64,000 nt of DNA from an uncultured Bacteroidia bacterium (GTDB lineage Bacteria > Bacteroidota > Bacteroidia > Bacteroidales > UBA932): assembly GCA_902778105.1 (NCBI GenBank), contig CACYWN010000003.1, positions 23,220 to 87,219 of the forward strand, written 5' to 3'. Positions within the stretch are counted from its first letter, which is position 1; every line of letters begins with the position of its first letter. Made by a program: the position numbers and the translations under genes. This document shows, piece by piece, positions 18,497 to 28,870 of the stretch. Below the pieces are notes generated by a model. It was not told where the DNA came from and searched no databases. It worked only from the letters and a program-made list of their open reading frames with translations.

Positions 18497-20802
18497 TCAC
18501 TGACACCATCCGCATCCGGGGAGCGCGGGAGAACAACCTCAAGGACGTTTCCCTGGACATTCCCAAATACAAGGTCACCGTTTTCACCGGTGTTTCCGGT
18601 TCCGGAAAGAGTTCGCTGGTGCTGGACACCATTGCCGCCAAGTCCCGCCGGGAGCTGAACGATACCTTCCCGACCTTCGTGCAGCAGTATCTGCCCAAGT
18701 ACGGGCGCCCGCATGTGGACTCCATCGACGGGCTTCCCATCGCCGTGGTCATCGACCAGAAGAAACCGGCGCAGAATTCCCGGTCGACGGTGGGCACCTA
18801 CACCGACATCTATGCCCTGATGCGGCTGCTGTTCTCCCGTGTGGGGAAGCCGTTCGTGGGCTACTCGGACTCCTTCAGCTTCAATCATCCGCAGGGGAGC
18901 TGCCCCCGCTGCTCCGGCCTCGGCGAGATCCGGGAGCTGGACATCCACAAGCTGGTGGACTTCGACAAGAGCCTGAACGACGAGGATACCATCCACTACA
19001 TCGCCTTCGGCAAGGGCGGCTGGCGCTGGATCCGTTATGCCCACAGCGGCCTGTTCGACCTGGACAAGAAGATCAAGGACTACTCGCCGGAGGAACTGGA
19101 CCTGTTCCTGAACAGCCCCCAGATCAAGTTGAAGAACCCGCCGTCCAATTGGCCGAAAACGGCTAAATATGAAGGACTTATCCCGCGGATGTACCGGAGT
19201 ATCATCAATTCCGAGGAGGGCCTCCTGCATGCGGCGGTGCTGAATCCGATGCTGACGATGGGTACCTGTCCCGACTGCGGCGGCACCCGGCTGAATCCGA
19301 AGGTCCTCACCTGCAAGATCGAAGGGAAGAACATCGCCGAGGTCTGCGCCATGCCCATTTCCCGGCTCAATGCCTGGATCCGGGGCCTGTCCGACCCGCT
19401 CGCCGTGGACCTGAAGGCGACGATCGGCGCGCGGCTGACAGCCCTGGAGGAGATCGGCCTCGGGTACCTGAGCCTGGACCGGCCCGTGGGAACGCTCTCC
19501 GGCGGTGAGGCCCAGCGCTGCAAGATCGCGAAATACATCAATTCCTCCCTGTCGGATGTGCTCTATATCCTGGACGAGCCCAGCGTGGGCCTGCACAACC
19601 GCGACATCGAGCGGATGAAGCGGTCGGTTCGGCGGCTGCGCGATGCGGGCAACACGGTCCTCCTCGTGGAGCACCATCCGGAAATGATCCGCATCGCCGA
19701 CCACATCGTGGACATGGGCCCGGGCCCGGGCATCGACGGTGGACGGATCGTATTCGAGGGCTCGTACGAAGAGCTTCTGAAGAGCGGCACGGCCACCGGC
19801 TCCCTGATCGGTGAGCCCGTTCCCTTCAAGGCGCATCCGCGTCCCGGGGCCGGCTCCTTCCACCTGGAAAACGCCACCCTCCACAACCTGAAGGGCATCT
19901 CGGTCGATATTCCCCTGGGCATCTGCGGCGTCGTCGCCGGCGTCGCCGGTTCCGGCAAGAGTTCCCTCATGGAGTGCTTCCGGAAGGCCTATCCGAACCC
20001 GGACGACATCGTGTACATCAGCCAGAAGAGCATCGGTGTAAGCCTCCGGTCCACCCCGGCGACCTACATGGAAGTGGCGGGCGATATCCGCAAGGCTTTC
20101 GCCAAGGCCCATAAGATGAAGGAGGAATACTTCACCTTCAACGGCAAGGGCGCCTGTCCCGTGTGCGGCGGCAAGGGCGTCATCGTGTCCGAGATGGCCT
20201 TCATGGACGCCATCGAGACCACCTGCGAGGCTTGCGGCGGCCTGCGCTACGCTCCGGAGGCGTTGGCCTATAAACTCAAGCGTTCCGCTGTCATTCCGAG
20301 CCCCGAAGGTTCCACAGTCATTCCGAGCCCCGAAGGGGTGAAGGAATCTCTGAACATCGCCGAGGTCATGGACCTCTCCGTCCGCCTGGCATCGGACTTC
20401 TTCGCCGGGACGGTCATCGAGCAGAAACTCAAACCCCTCCGGGATGTCGGCCTACAGTATCTCCATCTGAACCAGGCGCTTTCCACCCTTTCCGGCGGCG
20501 AACTCCAGCGGCTCAAACTGGCTTCCTACCTGGGCGAGGAGGGTAAGATCTTCATCATCGACGAACCTACCGACGGCCTTCACACGAAGGACATCCGGCA
20601 CATCCTCCGCCTGTTCGACTCCCTGGTGGACCGCGGCAACACCGTCTGGCTCATCGAACACAACCTGGACGTCATCCGCAGCGCCGACTGGCTCATCGAA
20701 CTGGGTCCCGGCGCCGGCGAGGACGGCGGCACCGTCATTTACGAAGGAACCCCCGAAGGCTGCCTGCACTGCCCGGCGTCTGTGACGAAGGATTACCTGT
20801 AA
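18493..20802 (+). CDS. UvrA-like (class II/DrrC-type) ABC ATPase
   Basis: GARENNLK, two Walker A motifs (GSGKSS), LSGGE twice, and CxxC zinc motifs. Shorter than canonical UvrA. Confidence 0.88.
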   Translation: MITDTIRIRGARENNLKDVSLDIPKYKVTVFTGVSGSGKSSLVLDTIAAKSRRELNDTFPTFVQQYLPKYGRPHVDSIDGLPIAVVIDQKKPAQNSRSTVGTYTDIYALMRLLFSRVGKPFVGYSDSFSFNHPQGSCPRCSGLGEIRELDIHKLVDFDKSLNDEDTIHYIAFGKGGWRWIRYAHSGLFDLDKKIKDYSPEELDLFLNSPQIKLKNPPSNWPKTAKYEGLIPRMYRSIINSEEGLLHAAVLNPMLTMGTCPDCGGTRLNPKVLTCKIEGKNIAEVCAMPISRLNAWIRGLSDPLAVDLKATIGARLTALEEIGLGYLSLDRPVGTLSGGEAQRCKIAKYINSSLSDVLYILDEPSVGLHNRDIERMKRSVRRLRDAGNTVLLVEHHPEMIRIADHIVDMGPGPGIDGGRIVFEGSYEELLKSGTATGSLIGEPVPFKAHPRPGAGSFHLENATLHNLKGISVDIPLGICGVVAGVAGSGKSSLMECFRKAYPNPDDIVYISQKSIGVSLRSTPATYMEVAGDIRKAFAKAHKMKEEYFTFNGKGACPVCGGKGVIVSEMAFMDAIETTCEACGGLRYAPEALAYKLKRSAVIPSPEGSTVIPSPEGVKESLNIAEVMDLSVRLASDFFAGTVIEQKLKPLRDVGLQYLHLNQALSTLSGGELQRLKLASYLGEEGKIFIIDEPTDGLHTKDIRHILRLFDSLVDRGNTVWLIEHNLDVIRSADWLIELGPGAGEDGGTVIYEGTPEGCLHCPASVTKDYL
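20290..20349 (+). repeat. REP-like palindromic element (partial plus full copy) inserted in frame in the UvrA-like gene
   Basis: GTCATTCCGAGCCCCGAAGG at 20290 and 20317. The second copy folds as ATTCC..CCCC-GAA-GGGG..GGAAT. Confidence 0.75.
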
Positions 20803-20834
20803 GGTTTACCCCGCCAGGGCCCTGTGGTACTGGT

Positions 20835-20990
20835 GGACTCTGCCGCAACGGGATTTGCAATTTTCTGAATATCAATCACTTATTATTAGCGTGGCGGCAA
20901 GGGGTACGAATTGTGGTACCCTTTGCCGTTGGCGGTTTATTAAAATGCTGATTGACAGTTATTTCTGGAAAAGGTGGCGGCAAGGGGTAC
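20835..20990. repeat. 83-bp-register doublet with inverted arms and IHF-like core
   Basis: GTGGCGGCAAGGGGTAC at 20891 and 20974. Inverted arm at 20916-20928. TATCAATCACTTA at 20870-20882. Confidence 0.75.
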
Positions 20991-21073
20991 CGTTTTTATA
21001 GGAATCCGAATTCTTTTGCTTACCTTTATCCGGTTAAAGAGAAGAGGACCATAAAGGAATCATTCAATAACCT

Positions 21074-22456
21074 ATGCCCATCGAAAACACCACCCCCGAA
21101 CGCATCGAAGAACTGGTCCGCCGGCAGCGGGCGTTCTTCGCGACCGGCGTCACGCGCGACGTGGACTGGCGCCGGTTCCAGCTCAAACAATTCCAGGAAG
21201 GGCTCCGCAAGTGGGAAAAACCCCTTTGCGATACCCTCTGGACCGACCTCCACAAGAGCTACGAGGAGGCCTACATGACCGAAATCGGCCTCGTGTACGG
21301 AGAAATCCGGGAGGCGAACAAGAGGGTACGCCGATGGGCGCGCCGCCGCTCCAGGCCTACACCGCCAGCGGTACTTCCGTCTTCCTCCTACATCGTCCGC
21401 GAACCTCTCGGCTGCACGCTCATCGTGTCGCCCTGGAACTACCCGGTACAGCTGCTGCTGAACCCGCTCGTGGGGGCTGTCGCCGCCGGGTGTACGGCCA
21501 TCCTGAAACCGTCTCCCTATGTGCCGGATGTGTCCAGGGTGTTGGAGGACTTTGTCAAGGATACCTTCGAGGAAGATTTCGTGGCCGTGGTCCAGGGCAA
21601 CCGCGAAGTGAACGGGGAGCTCTTCCGGCACCGCTACGACCTGGTGTTCCTGACCGGCAGTCCCTCGCTGGGAAAGATCGCGATGGCCGCCCAGGCGCCG
21701 TACCTCACGCCCCTGGTACTGGAACTCGGCGGCAAGAGTCCGTGCATCGTGGACAAGGATGCGGACCTCACCATCGCCGCCCGCCGCATCGCCTGGGGCA
21801 AGTGCCTCAACAGCGGTCAGACCTGCATCGCCCCGGACTACCTGTTCCTGCACGAGGATATCAAAGAAGCATTCGTGGATGCATTCAAGAAGGAGCTCGC
21901 CGGCCTCTATCCCGAAGGGACGGAGCTCTCTGACAAGTTCGTCCATATCGTCAGGGACGCGGCATTCGACCGGCTTACCGGCTATTTCAAGGACGGCGAA
22001 ATCCTCGCCGGAGGGCGTTCCAACCGTGAAAAGCGCTGGATTGAGCCCACCTTGCTGGACAAGGTCTCTCCCGATGCGCCGGTGATGCAGGAGGAAATCT
22101 TCGGCCCCATCTTCCCGATCCTGACTTTCAAGGACCGGGAGGAGGTTGTCAACTTTGTGAACGGCCGCGAAAAACCGCTGGCATTCTACTATTTCGGCAA
22201 GGGATCCGACGGCTGGGACATCATCGGCCGGACCACGTCCGGCGGCGCGTGCATCAATGATACGATCATGCACATCGCCAATCCGAACATCCCGTTCGGC
22301 GGCGTGGGCAACTCCGGCATGGGCTCCTATCACGCCGAACGCTCCTTCCTGGCCTTCAGCCATGAACGTTCTGTCGTGAAGTCGCCCACCTGGATCGACC
22401 TCCAGTTCCGCTATATGCCCTACAAACTGTTCCGGCTGGTCAAGAAACTGCTGTAG
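21074..22456 (+). CDS. Aldehyde dehydrogenase (class 3-like)
   Basis: Motifs PWNYP, LELGGKSP, GQTCIAPDY, EEIFGP and PFGGVG.SGMG.YH. Confidence 0.95.
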   Translation: MPIENTTPERIEELVRRQRAFFATGVTRDVDWRRFQLKQFQEGLRKWEKPLCDTLWTDLHKSYEEAYMTEIGLVYGEIREANKRVRRWARRRSRPTPPAVLPSSSYIVREPLGCTLIVSPWNYPVQLLLNPLVGAVAAGCTAILKPSPYVPDVSRVLEDFVKDTFEEDFVAVVQGNREVNGELFRHRYDLVFLTGSPSLGKIAMAAQAPYLTPLVLELGGKSPCIVDKDADLTIAARRIAWGKCLNSGQTCIAPDYLFLHEDIKEAFVDAFKKELAGLYPEGTELSDKFVHIVRDAAFDRLTGYFKDGEILAGGRSNREKRWIEPTLLDKVSPDAPVMQEEIFGPIFPILTFKDREEVVNFVNGREKPLAFYYFGKGSDGWDIIGRTTSGGACINDTIMHIANPNIPFGGVGNSGMGSYHAERSFLAFSHERSVVKSPTWIDLQFRYMPYKLFRLVKKLL

Positions 22457-22491
22457 TCAAAAGACCGTAGAGGTCTTGACAGGGGCCGTCA

Positions 22492-24156
22492 TTACCGGCT
22501 GCCGCCGCCGAAGCCGCCGCCGGAGAAGCCGCCGCCACCGCCGAAGGAGGTGTGGCCGCCAGTGCCGCGGATGCTGCCGGCCTGCTGTTTGGACACGGCC
22601 CGGTTGATGGCGGAAGCGGACATGTTGTTGTTCAGGCGGATGGTCCGCATCATCACGCTCGGATCCACGCCCACGGACTGGGCCACTTCCTGGAACTCCT
22701 TGGGATAGAGCTTCTGGAACTGGGAGGCCACCTTGTCCGCGATGCCGTACAGCTGGGCGAAGACGAGGTAGTCCTTCCAGAGACCCACCTCACCCGCCGT
22801 GCGCTCCTTGGAGAGGGTAAAGTCGTTGAGGAAGTTCTTGAACTCCACGACGTGTCTGGCTTCGCGGGCACCGTCGTCATTGGTGGTCGTCCCGTGGGCG
22901 AAGTAGTGCTTGTCGTGCAGATACCCCTGGCCACGGGCCTTCGCGCGGAGCGGCCAGGCGGTCATCTTCTTGAAGTTCCGCTCGGACCATTTCTCGAACT
23001 CGCCGGACTCCAGGAGGTAATTGCTGCCGCTGGCTTCGCGGGCCATGTTGTACAGGGCACGTTCGACATCGTCCTGGATGTCGGGTTCCAGGGAAAAGTC
23101 CAGGTTCACCCGCTTCTCATTCCGGGAATCGGTGTGTACCTTGACCTTCCCGTCCAGGATCCATCGCAGGAAAAAGGCGCCGATCAGGCCCTTCGAGGAA
23201 TTCTGCCCGGTCGGGAACCGCCATCCGTTGTCCAGCACGAAACTGGAAGCGAACAGGTTGCCGTCCATCGGGGCCTCCCGGTACCACTCCGTGATCTTGG
23301 TCTTGCCGTACATGGACTTCTTGTACTTGTAGCCCAGGGCGGAGAGGACCCAGGCGCGGATGAGGGCGAAGATGCTGCCGCCGAAAAGCAGGGCGAAGAA
23401 AGCGAGGAACAGTTTCTCCAGCCAGCTGTCCTGTCCATAGGAACTGCCTTCCATGGCGCGTTCCTTCAACTGGTCGAACGTCATGTCCCGGCTGACGGTG
23501 GGGGAAAAGAGCCCCTTCTCGAAGCGGACGAGGGCGATTACCGAACTCTCGTAGGAGAAGGGTTCGGAAGATTCGTAGACGATCTGTCCGTCCGTGACAT
23601 CAATGCTGCCATAGGAGCCGAAGCCCCAGACGCGCGTGTTGTCGTAGGTCCATCCAGGGCCGCCTGTGGCATTGACAATGGTCAGTTTCACATGCTGCGG
23701 CGGAGCCACGAGGCCGGGGTTCACGAACTGGAAGTTGAAGCCGTCGGCGTCGGAGAAAGACTGCACGAGTCCGTTCAGGGTGAACTGTGCGGTCCAGACG
23801 TGGGGTCCATACGAACCCTGCCCCCAACACAGCTCCACGCCGTCGTGCTTCGAGACGATGCCGCAGCGTCCGGCCTTTTCTCCGATGGAGCGGTGCACAT
23901 CCCAGCTGCGTCCCTCGTTGACGAACGTCTCCCCGTTTTCGCTGACGGAAAAGTCGGACACGGACATCTTGCCGAGGTTGTCGATGGGAATGTACCACTC
24001 GGTCCCGTCCACGACGGTGACATCCCATACCTGGGTGACCCGTCCCGACCCGTCGGGATTCAGCTCCACCCGGACGTCGACGTCCCGGATGGACTGGGCA
24101 TATACGGCCAAAGTGCCGGCGAATACCGCCAGCACGCCGAGAAAGAGCCTTCTCAT
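22492..24156 (-). CDS. DUF2207-family membrane protein
   Basis: Signal peptide, V.VELNPDGS..VT, a central TM, LWKDYLVFAQLYG, and a Gly-rich tail. Follows lemA. Confidence 0.85.
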   Translation of the reverse strand: MRRLFLGVLAVFAGTLAVYAQSIRDVDVRVELNPDGSGRVTQVWDVTVVDGTEWYIPIDNLGKMSVSDFSVSENGETFVNEGRSWDVHRSIGEKAGRCGIVSKHDGVELCWGQGSYGPHVWTAQFTLNGLVQSFSDADGFNFQFVNPGLVAPPQHVKLTIVNATGGPGWTYDNTRVWGFGSYGSIDVTDGQIVYESSEPFSYESSVIALVRFEKGLFSPTVSRDMTFDQLKERAMEGSSYGQDSWLEKLFLAFFALLFGGSIFALIRAWVLSALGYKYKKSMYGKTKITEWYREAPMDGNLFASSFVLDNGWRFPTGQNSSKGLIGAFFLRWILDGKVKVHTDSRNEKRVNLDFSLEPDIQDDVERALYNMAREASGSNYLLESGEFEKWSERNFKKMTAWPLRAKARGQGYLHDKHYFAHGTTTNDDGAREARHVVEFKNFLNDFTLSKERTAGEVGLWKDYLVFAQLYGIADKVASQFQKLYPKEFQEVAQSVGVDPSVMMRTIRLNNNMSASAINRAVSKQQAGSIRGTGGHTSFGGGGGFSGGGFGGGSR

Positions 24157-24159
24157 CGC

Positions 24160-24711
24160 TTAAATGACCGGATAGTCCTTCTTGGAGGCGTCTTCGGCGA
24201 GATACTCGCGCTTGGCGAAACCGAGGATGCCGGCGACCACGGAGCCCGGGAACATCCGGACCTGGTTGTTGTACCTGGTCACGGTGTCGTTGAAAGTCAT
24301 GCGGGCGAGGCGGACGTTTTCCTCATACTGCTTGATGTCAGCCATCGTCTGCTGGTAGGTCTGGTTCGCCTTGAGGTCGGGATACTGCTCGGCGACCGCG
24401 ATCAGTTTCGCGCTCATCGCCTGGAGGGCGGCCTCGTTGGCGTTGATGTCTTCCACGGTCGGGTTGGGGGAGGCGGTGATCCGACGCATTTCGATGACCT
24501 TCTGGAGCGTCTCGCTCTCGTAGGAGGCATACTCGCGGGTGAGTTTCACGAGCGCCTGGAGGGCATCGTACCGGCTGACCTGCTGGACATTGATCTGCTT
24601 GAGGGCGTTGTTGCACAGTTCGTCGCTCTGCACGAGTTTGTTCTGGACGCCGATGCCCCAGAGCACGAGAGCGGCCGCAATGGCCAGGATGATGATGAGG
24701 GTCGTGGACAT
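24160..24711 (-). CDS. lemA: LemA family protein
   Basis: N-terminal TM. Motifs AVAEQYPDLKAN, AR..FNDTV..YN and FP. Confidence 0.9.
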   Translation of the reverse strand: MSTTLIIILAIAAALVLWGIGVQNKLVQSDELCNNALKQINVQQVSRYDALQALVKLTREYASYESETLQKVIEMRRITASPNPTVEDINANEAALQAMSAKLIAVAEQYPDLKANQTYQQTMADIKQYEENVRLARMTFNDTVTRYNNQVRMFPGSVVAGILGFAKREYLAEDASKKDYPVI

Positions 24712-24775
24712 GTTGTTCGCTTTTAATTGGTTGATCAATCGAACAAATTTACAAAAAAATGTGTAGTTTTGTACT

Positions 24776-25546
24776 ATGAAGCGAAAAATGATGATTCGAG
24801 GCGCCTTGCTCGGCGCCCTTTCCCTGCTCACATGCGGATGTCTGGGCAACATGGCTGGAAGCAGCCACTATGAAACGACCGTCATCGTCCATTACGAACC
24901 TGACTATGCCGTTGACATTGACGATTTCCTCGCCACCTTCTTTGACGGAGGCAAAGATACCGTTTCCGTGACCAAATACCTGTCCCTGGGACCGCTCTGC
25001 CACCATACCACCGTGGGCAAGGACAGTTCCCTGGTCGGCGGGTTCGCGATGTGCATCGGCGTGGATTCGCTGGCGGCTCCGGACCGGAAACTTTCGAGGC
25101 TCGCCGTCTTCGACAAGGGCGGCAAGGACGGGACCCTGGCCTATGCCGTCTTCCACGACACGCTCTCTACCCTGATGCCGGAACACGCCATCACCTTTGA
25201 CATCCCGAACGAAAACTCTTCCTGCTCGCCGCTCAGCGTCTATGTACAGAATGTACAGGCGGTTGTCCAGGCCTCCCGGTACGGTACCGGCCTTGCCGAC
25301 GGGCCCTTCGGACTGAACGACCATCTGACCCTGACGGTCAAGGGTTTCCTGAACGGGAAAGCCCTGGGCAGCAAATCCTTGAAGCTGGTGGACGGTACCC
25401 ATATCCTGGAAGGATGGACGGAAGTGGACCTTTCCTCCTTCGGGGATGCGGACGCGTTGGACTTCTCCCTGGAATCGAACCGGCCGGACCTGCCGCTTTA
25501 CTGCTGCCTGGACGACCTCATGTTCCATTTCGTCGAAACCTATTGA
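24776..25546 (+). CDS. Putative lipoprotein, DUF4465-like
   Basis: Lipobox TCGC. C-terminal W..VDLS.FG....L.F.LES...LP.YCCLDD pattern. Confidence 0.6.
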   Translation: MKRKMMIRGALLGALSLLTCGCLGNMAGSSHYETTVIVHYEPDYAVDIDDFLATFFDGGKDTVSVTKYLSLGPLCHHTTVGKDSSLVGGFAMCIGVDSLAAPDRKLSRLAVFDKGGKDGTLAYAVFHDTLSTLMPEHAITFDIPNENSSCSPLSVYVQNVQAVVQASRYGTGLADGPFGLNDHLTLTVKGFLNGKALGSKSLKLVDGTHILEGWTEVDLSSFGDADALDFSLESNRPDLPLYCCLDDLMFHFVETY

Positions 25547-25553
25547 CCCTGCC

Positions 25554-26273
25554 ATGAAAACGAACGCCGACTACAAGAACGCCGCCCTTGCCGCCCTGAA
25601 GGGCAACTGGGCCCCCGCCGTCCTCGCGACGGTCATTTTCCTCTTTGTCACCGCCGCCATCGTCCTCCCCGCCGAGATTCCACTCCTCAAGATGCAGGGC
25701 GGAGGGATGGAAGACATCCTTTCGAGCGCATCTTCCGGCGACATCACCGGCATGATGGCGTTCTATTCCGAGATGACTTCCTGGAGTTCCCTCGGGACGC
25801 TGCTGCAGGTCTTCCTGTACAACGTGTTTACGGTGGGCCTCTACGTCGCTTTCCTCAAGTTGCTCCGCAACGGGGACAACCGTGTGACTTCGAATATGGT
25901 CGATGTCGCGTTCCGGAACTATTGGCACAAGGTGTGGGGCATGCTCCTGATGCAGATCTTCATCGTCCTGTGGACCCTTCTCTTCATCATCCCGGGCATT
26001 GTCAAGGCGTTCTCCTATGCCATGACCCCCTATATCCTGGAAGAGAATCCGGAACTCTCGGCGAACGACGCCATCGACCGCAGCCGTGCGATGATGAAGG
26101 GGCACAAGTTCGACCTGTTCTGGCTGTACCTGAGTTTCATCGGCTGGGGCATCCTGTGCATTTTCACCCTGGGTATCGGCCTCCTCTGGCTCGCGCCGTA
26201 CATGGAAACGTCCGCAGCCGCCTTCTACGAGGACGTGAAGGCCGATTACGAAGTGAACGGAGGTTTGATTTAA
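25554..26273 (+). CDS. DUF975-family membrane protein
   Basis: Motifs LKGNW, LWTLLFIIPGIVK..SYAM.PYIL and S..MMKGHK..LF.L.LSFIGW. Confidence 0.9.
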   Translation: MKTNADYKNAALAALKGNWAPAVLATVIFLFVTAAIVLPAEIPLLKMQGGGMEDILSSASSGDITGMMAFYSEMTSWSSLGTLLQVFLYNVFTVGLYVAFLKLLRNGDNRVTSNMVDVAFRNYWHKVWGMLLMQIFIVLWTLLFIIPGIVKAFSYAMTPYILEENPELSANDAIDRSRAMMKGHKFDLFWLYLSFIGWGILCIFTLGIGLLWLAPYMETSAAAFYEDVKADYEVNGGLI

Positions 26274-26288
26274 CGTAAACAGATATCC

Positions 26289-27689
26289 ATGAAACGCTTT
26301 TGCCAGCTCCTTTTCCTTTCCCTGCTCGTCGCCGGATGCACCTCCAAGCCGGAGGTGAAATATGTGTTCTATTTCATCGGCGACGGAATGGGCGTCAACG
26401 AAGTCATCGGCACCAACCTCTATAACGAGGCGAACGGTCTGGGGACCGTCAATTTCAGCCAGTTCCCGGTGCGGAACTTCATCACGACCGTCTCGGCCAA
26501 CTCCCTGGTCACCGATTCCTCGGCCGCGGGCACCGCGCTGGCGTCGGGCGTAAAGATCAACAACAGCGTCGTGGGGGTGGACCCGGACGGCAATCCGGTC
26601 AGCAACCTGACGGAATGGGCCCATGCGGCCGGTTTCGGCACGGGCGTCGCCACCAACGTGGGCGTGAACCACGCCACGCCGGCCAGCTTCGTGGCGCACA
26701 CCGACAAGCGCAGCAGCTACGAGGAGATCTCCATCCAGATGATTGCTTCCCCCGTGGACTTCATGGCGGGTTCCACCTTCCTGACGGACCGCGGTTCCGG
26801 TCACGATGCCGCCCTGTTCGAGCAGAAGGCCGATTCCGCCGGCATCGCCGTGTACAAGGGTGCGGAAGCCATCCGTGGCCTTGACCTTACCAAGGAGCGC
26901 GTCGTGTGCCTGAGCGGCAAGGCGGAGGACTCCCTTCCCTATGCCATCGACCGGAAGGAGGATGACACGCAGTTGTCCGACTTCACGGAAGCCGGCATCC
27001 GCTACCTGGAATCCCGCTACGGAAAGAAAGGCTTCTTCTTCATGGTCGAGGGGGGCAAGGTGGACTACGCCGGCCATGCCAATGACGCCGCCACCTGCTT
27101 CCAGGAAGTGAACGACCTGGCCCAGTCCGTGGACCTCGCCCTCGCTTTCCTGAAGCGCTATCCGAAGGAAACCCTGATCCTCATCACGGCCGACCATGAG
27201 ACCGGCGGACTCATGCTGGGCAGCGGGCGCTACGAGATGCATCCGGACCTGCTCTCCGGTCAGCACGCTTCCGTCGATGCGGTTACGGAGAAGTTCCGCG
27301 AAGCCTTCTTCCCGGAAGACAAGCCGTTCAAGGCCCCTACCTGGGATGCGGTGAAGGCGTTCTTTGCCGAGAACCTGGGTCTCTGGGGTGTCGCTGAGGT
27401 GAGCGAGCGGATGGAACTGCAGCTCAAGGAGGTCTACGACCGCACTTTCGGCAAGGGCGGCGACCGCAATCTGAGCGAATCCAACCTGTATTCGGAGAAC
27501 TACCGGCTGGTCGCCGAGATGGTCCGTTCCGTGGACCGCATCGCCGGTTACCAGTGGAGCTTCGGCTCCCATTCCGGTTCTCCGGTGGGCCTGTATGTCA
27601 TCGGCGCCTGCGCGGAGGAATTCAGTACCGTCAGGGATAACGCCGAAATCGCCCCGCTCATCGCGAGGCTTGCCGGCTACGCACACTAA
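26289..27689 (+). CDS. Alkaline phosphatase lipoprotein
   Basis: Motifs FIGDGMG, VTDSSAAGTA, HATPA, EGGKVD..GH.ND and TADHETGG. Confidence 0.93.
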   Translation: MKRFCQLLFLSLLVAGCTSKPEVKYVFYFIGDGMGVNEVIGTNLYNEANGLGTVNFSQFPVRNFITTVSANSLVTDSSAAGTALASGVKINNSVVGVDPDGNPVSNLTEWAHAAGFGTGVATNVGVNHATPASFVAHTDKRSSYEEISIQMIASPVDFMAGSTFLTDRGSGHDAALFEQKADSAGIAVYKGAEAIRGLDLTKERVVCLSGKAEDSLPYAIDRKEDDTQLSDFTEAGIRYLESRYGKKGFFFMVEGGKVDYAGHANDAATCFQEVNDLAQSVDLALAFLKRYPKETLILITADHETGGLMLGSGRYEMHPDLLSGQHASVDAVTEKFREAFFPEDKPFKAPTWDAVKAFFAENLGLWGVAEVSERMELQLKEVYDRTFGKGGDRNLSESNLYSENYRLVAEMVRSVDRIAGYQWSFGSHSGSPVGLYVIGACAEEFSTVRDNAEIAPLIARLAGYAH

Positions 27690-27718
27690 TTACATTTAAT
27701 CGAAGACCCCTTTTGGAT

Positions 27719-28204
27719 TCACAAATCCAGAAGCCCCTCTGGAATTTCCATCCGGAGGGTTTCTTTTTGTTCGTCCACGTGGAGGACGAGTTCCTCGCGG
27801 AGGGGAACAAGGACTTCCCCGTGACCGGTTTCCACCCAGATGCAGGGATTGCCGGGGATGTCTTCGTGAGCCGTGACGGTCCCGACCTCCGTGCCATCGG
27901 CATCCAGGAGGGTCCAGCCGGTGAGATCTTCTTCGTCATCCTCATAGAGGTCGTCCTCGGCCAGGACGTCGCGGCCGACGAGTTCTTCGGCGTCCGTCAG
28001 GTTCCGGACGCCGGTCAGGCGCACCAGGGCGCGGGTATTGCCGCGGGGCGTGAATGACTCGAAATAAAAGGGAACCGGCAATCCATCGAATTCGATGAAC
28101 ACCGGTTCCTCAAGGTCGATATCCTCCGGCGCCATGCCGACAAAACCCACGAGGAGTTCGCCTTCGCGGCCGTTGGATTTCAGTACCTGCGCGATTCTCT
28201 GCAT
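27719..28204 (-). CDS. rimM: 16S rRNA processing protein RimM
   Basis: Directly downstream of rpsP. K..G..GEL, DGLPVPF, and a PRC-barrel tail ending IPEGLLDL. Confidence 0.88.
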   Translation of the reverse strand: MQRIAQVLKSNGREGELLVGFVGMAPEDIDLEEPVFIEFDGLPVPFYFESFTPRGNTRALVRLTGVRNLTDAEELVGRDVLAEDDLYEDDEEDLTGWTLLDADGTEVGTVTAHEDIPGNPCIWVETGHGEVLVPLREELVLHVDEQKETLRMEIPEGLLDL

Positions 28205-28740
28205 TATTCGGCAGGGGTCTCGGCGGCGTCAGCGGCCTCGGCGGCAGCCTCTTCGGCAGCCTTGCGGGCAGCTTCCTCAGCCTCGGCCTTCTTCTTGGCG
28301 ATCGCTTCGGCGCGGGCCTCGTTGACCTTGGCCTCGGCGGCCTTGGCTTCCTTCGCCTTGGCGATGGCCTCGTTCTTCAGGCCGGCCTTCTTGGCAGCGA
28401 TCTTCTCGTCCTGCTGGGCCTTCCAGGCGGCGAATTTCTCGTCGGCCTGAGCCTGGGTGAGAGCACCCTTGGCGACACCGTCCTGGAGGTGCTTGCGGAG
28501 GAGGACACCCTCGTAGGAGAGGATGCGGCGGGCCGTCAGCGTGGGCTGGGCACCGACGCTCAGCCACTTCAGGGCCTTCTCGCCGTCGAGGATGATGGTG
28601 GCAGGGTTGGTGTTCGGATTGTAGGAGCCGAGCTGCTCGATGAAACGTCCGTCACGCGGGGAACGGGAATCAGCCACGACAATGTGGAAGAATGCGAAAT
28701 TCTTCTTTCCGTGGCGCTGGAGTCTGATTTTAACAGCCAT
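28204..28740 (-). CDS. rpsP: 30S ribosomal protein S16 with Bacteroidetes C-terminal extension
   Basis: [13 protein letters not shown]...[21 protein letters not shown]. Confidence 0.97.
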   Translation of the reverse strand: MAVKIRLQRHGKKNFAFFHIVVADSRSPRDGRFIEQLGSYNPNTNPATIILDGEKALKWLSVGAQPTLTARRILSYEGVLLRKHLQDGVAKGALTQAQADEKFAAWKAQQDEKIAAKKAGLKNEAIAKAKEAKAAEAKVNEARAEAIAKKKAEAEEAARKAAEEAAAEAADAAETPAE

Positions 28741-28870
28741 TGTGAATCTGTTTTTATTTGTTTGTTAATGCGTTAGGCAAGCCTACCCGAGACTTGCGGA
28801 CGGCAAATATAGCACTTTTTTTCCGAATACAACCATGGTTCGGTGATTTTTCCTTAATTTTGCACAAACG

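Noticed and set aside
18493-20802. Canonical uvrA
   Set aside because: It is too short and matches the class II UvrA-like pattern, so no gene symbol was assigned.
22492-24711. LemA-DUF2207 pair with Gly-rich tail, and the ECF triad at 29676-31190, as novel systems
   Set aside because: Both are common conserved arrangements.
28204-28450. Ala/Lys/Glu-rich extension on S16
   Set aside because: This is a normal feature of Bacteroidetes S16.
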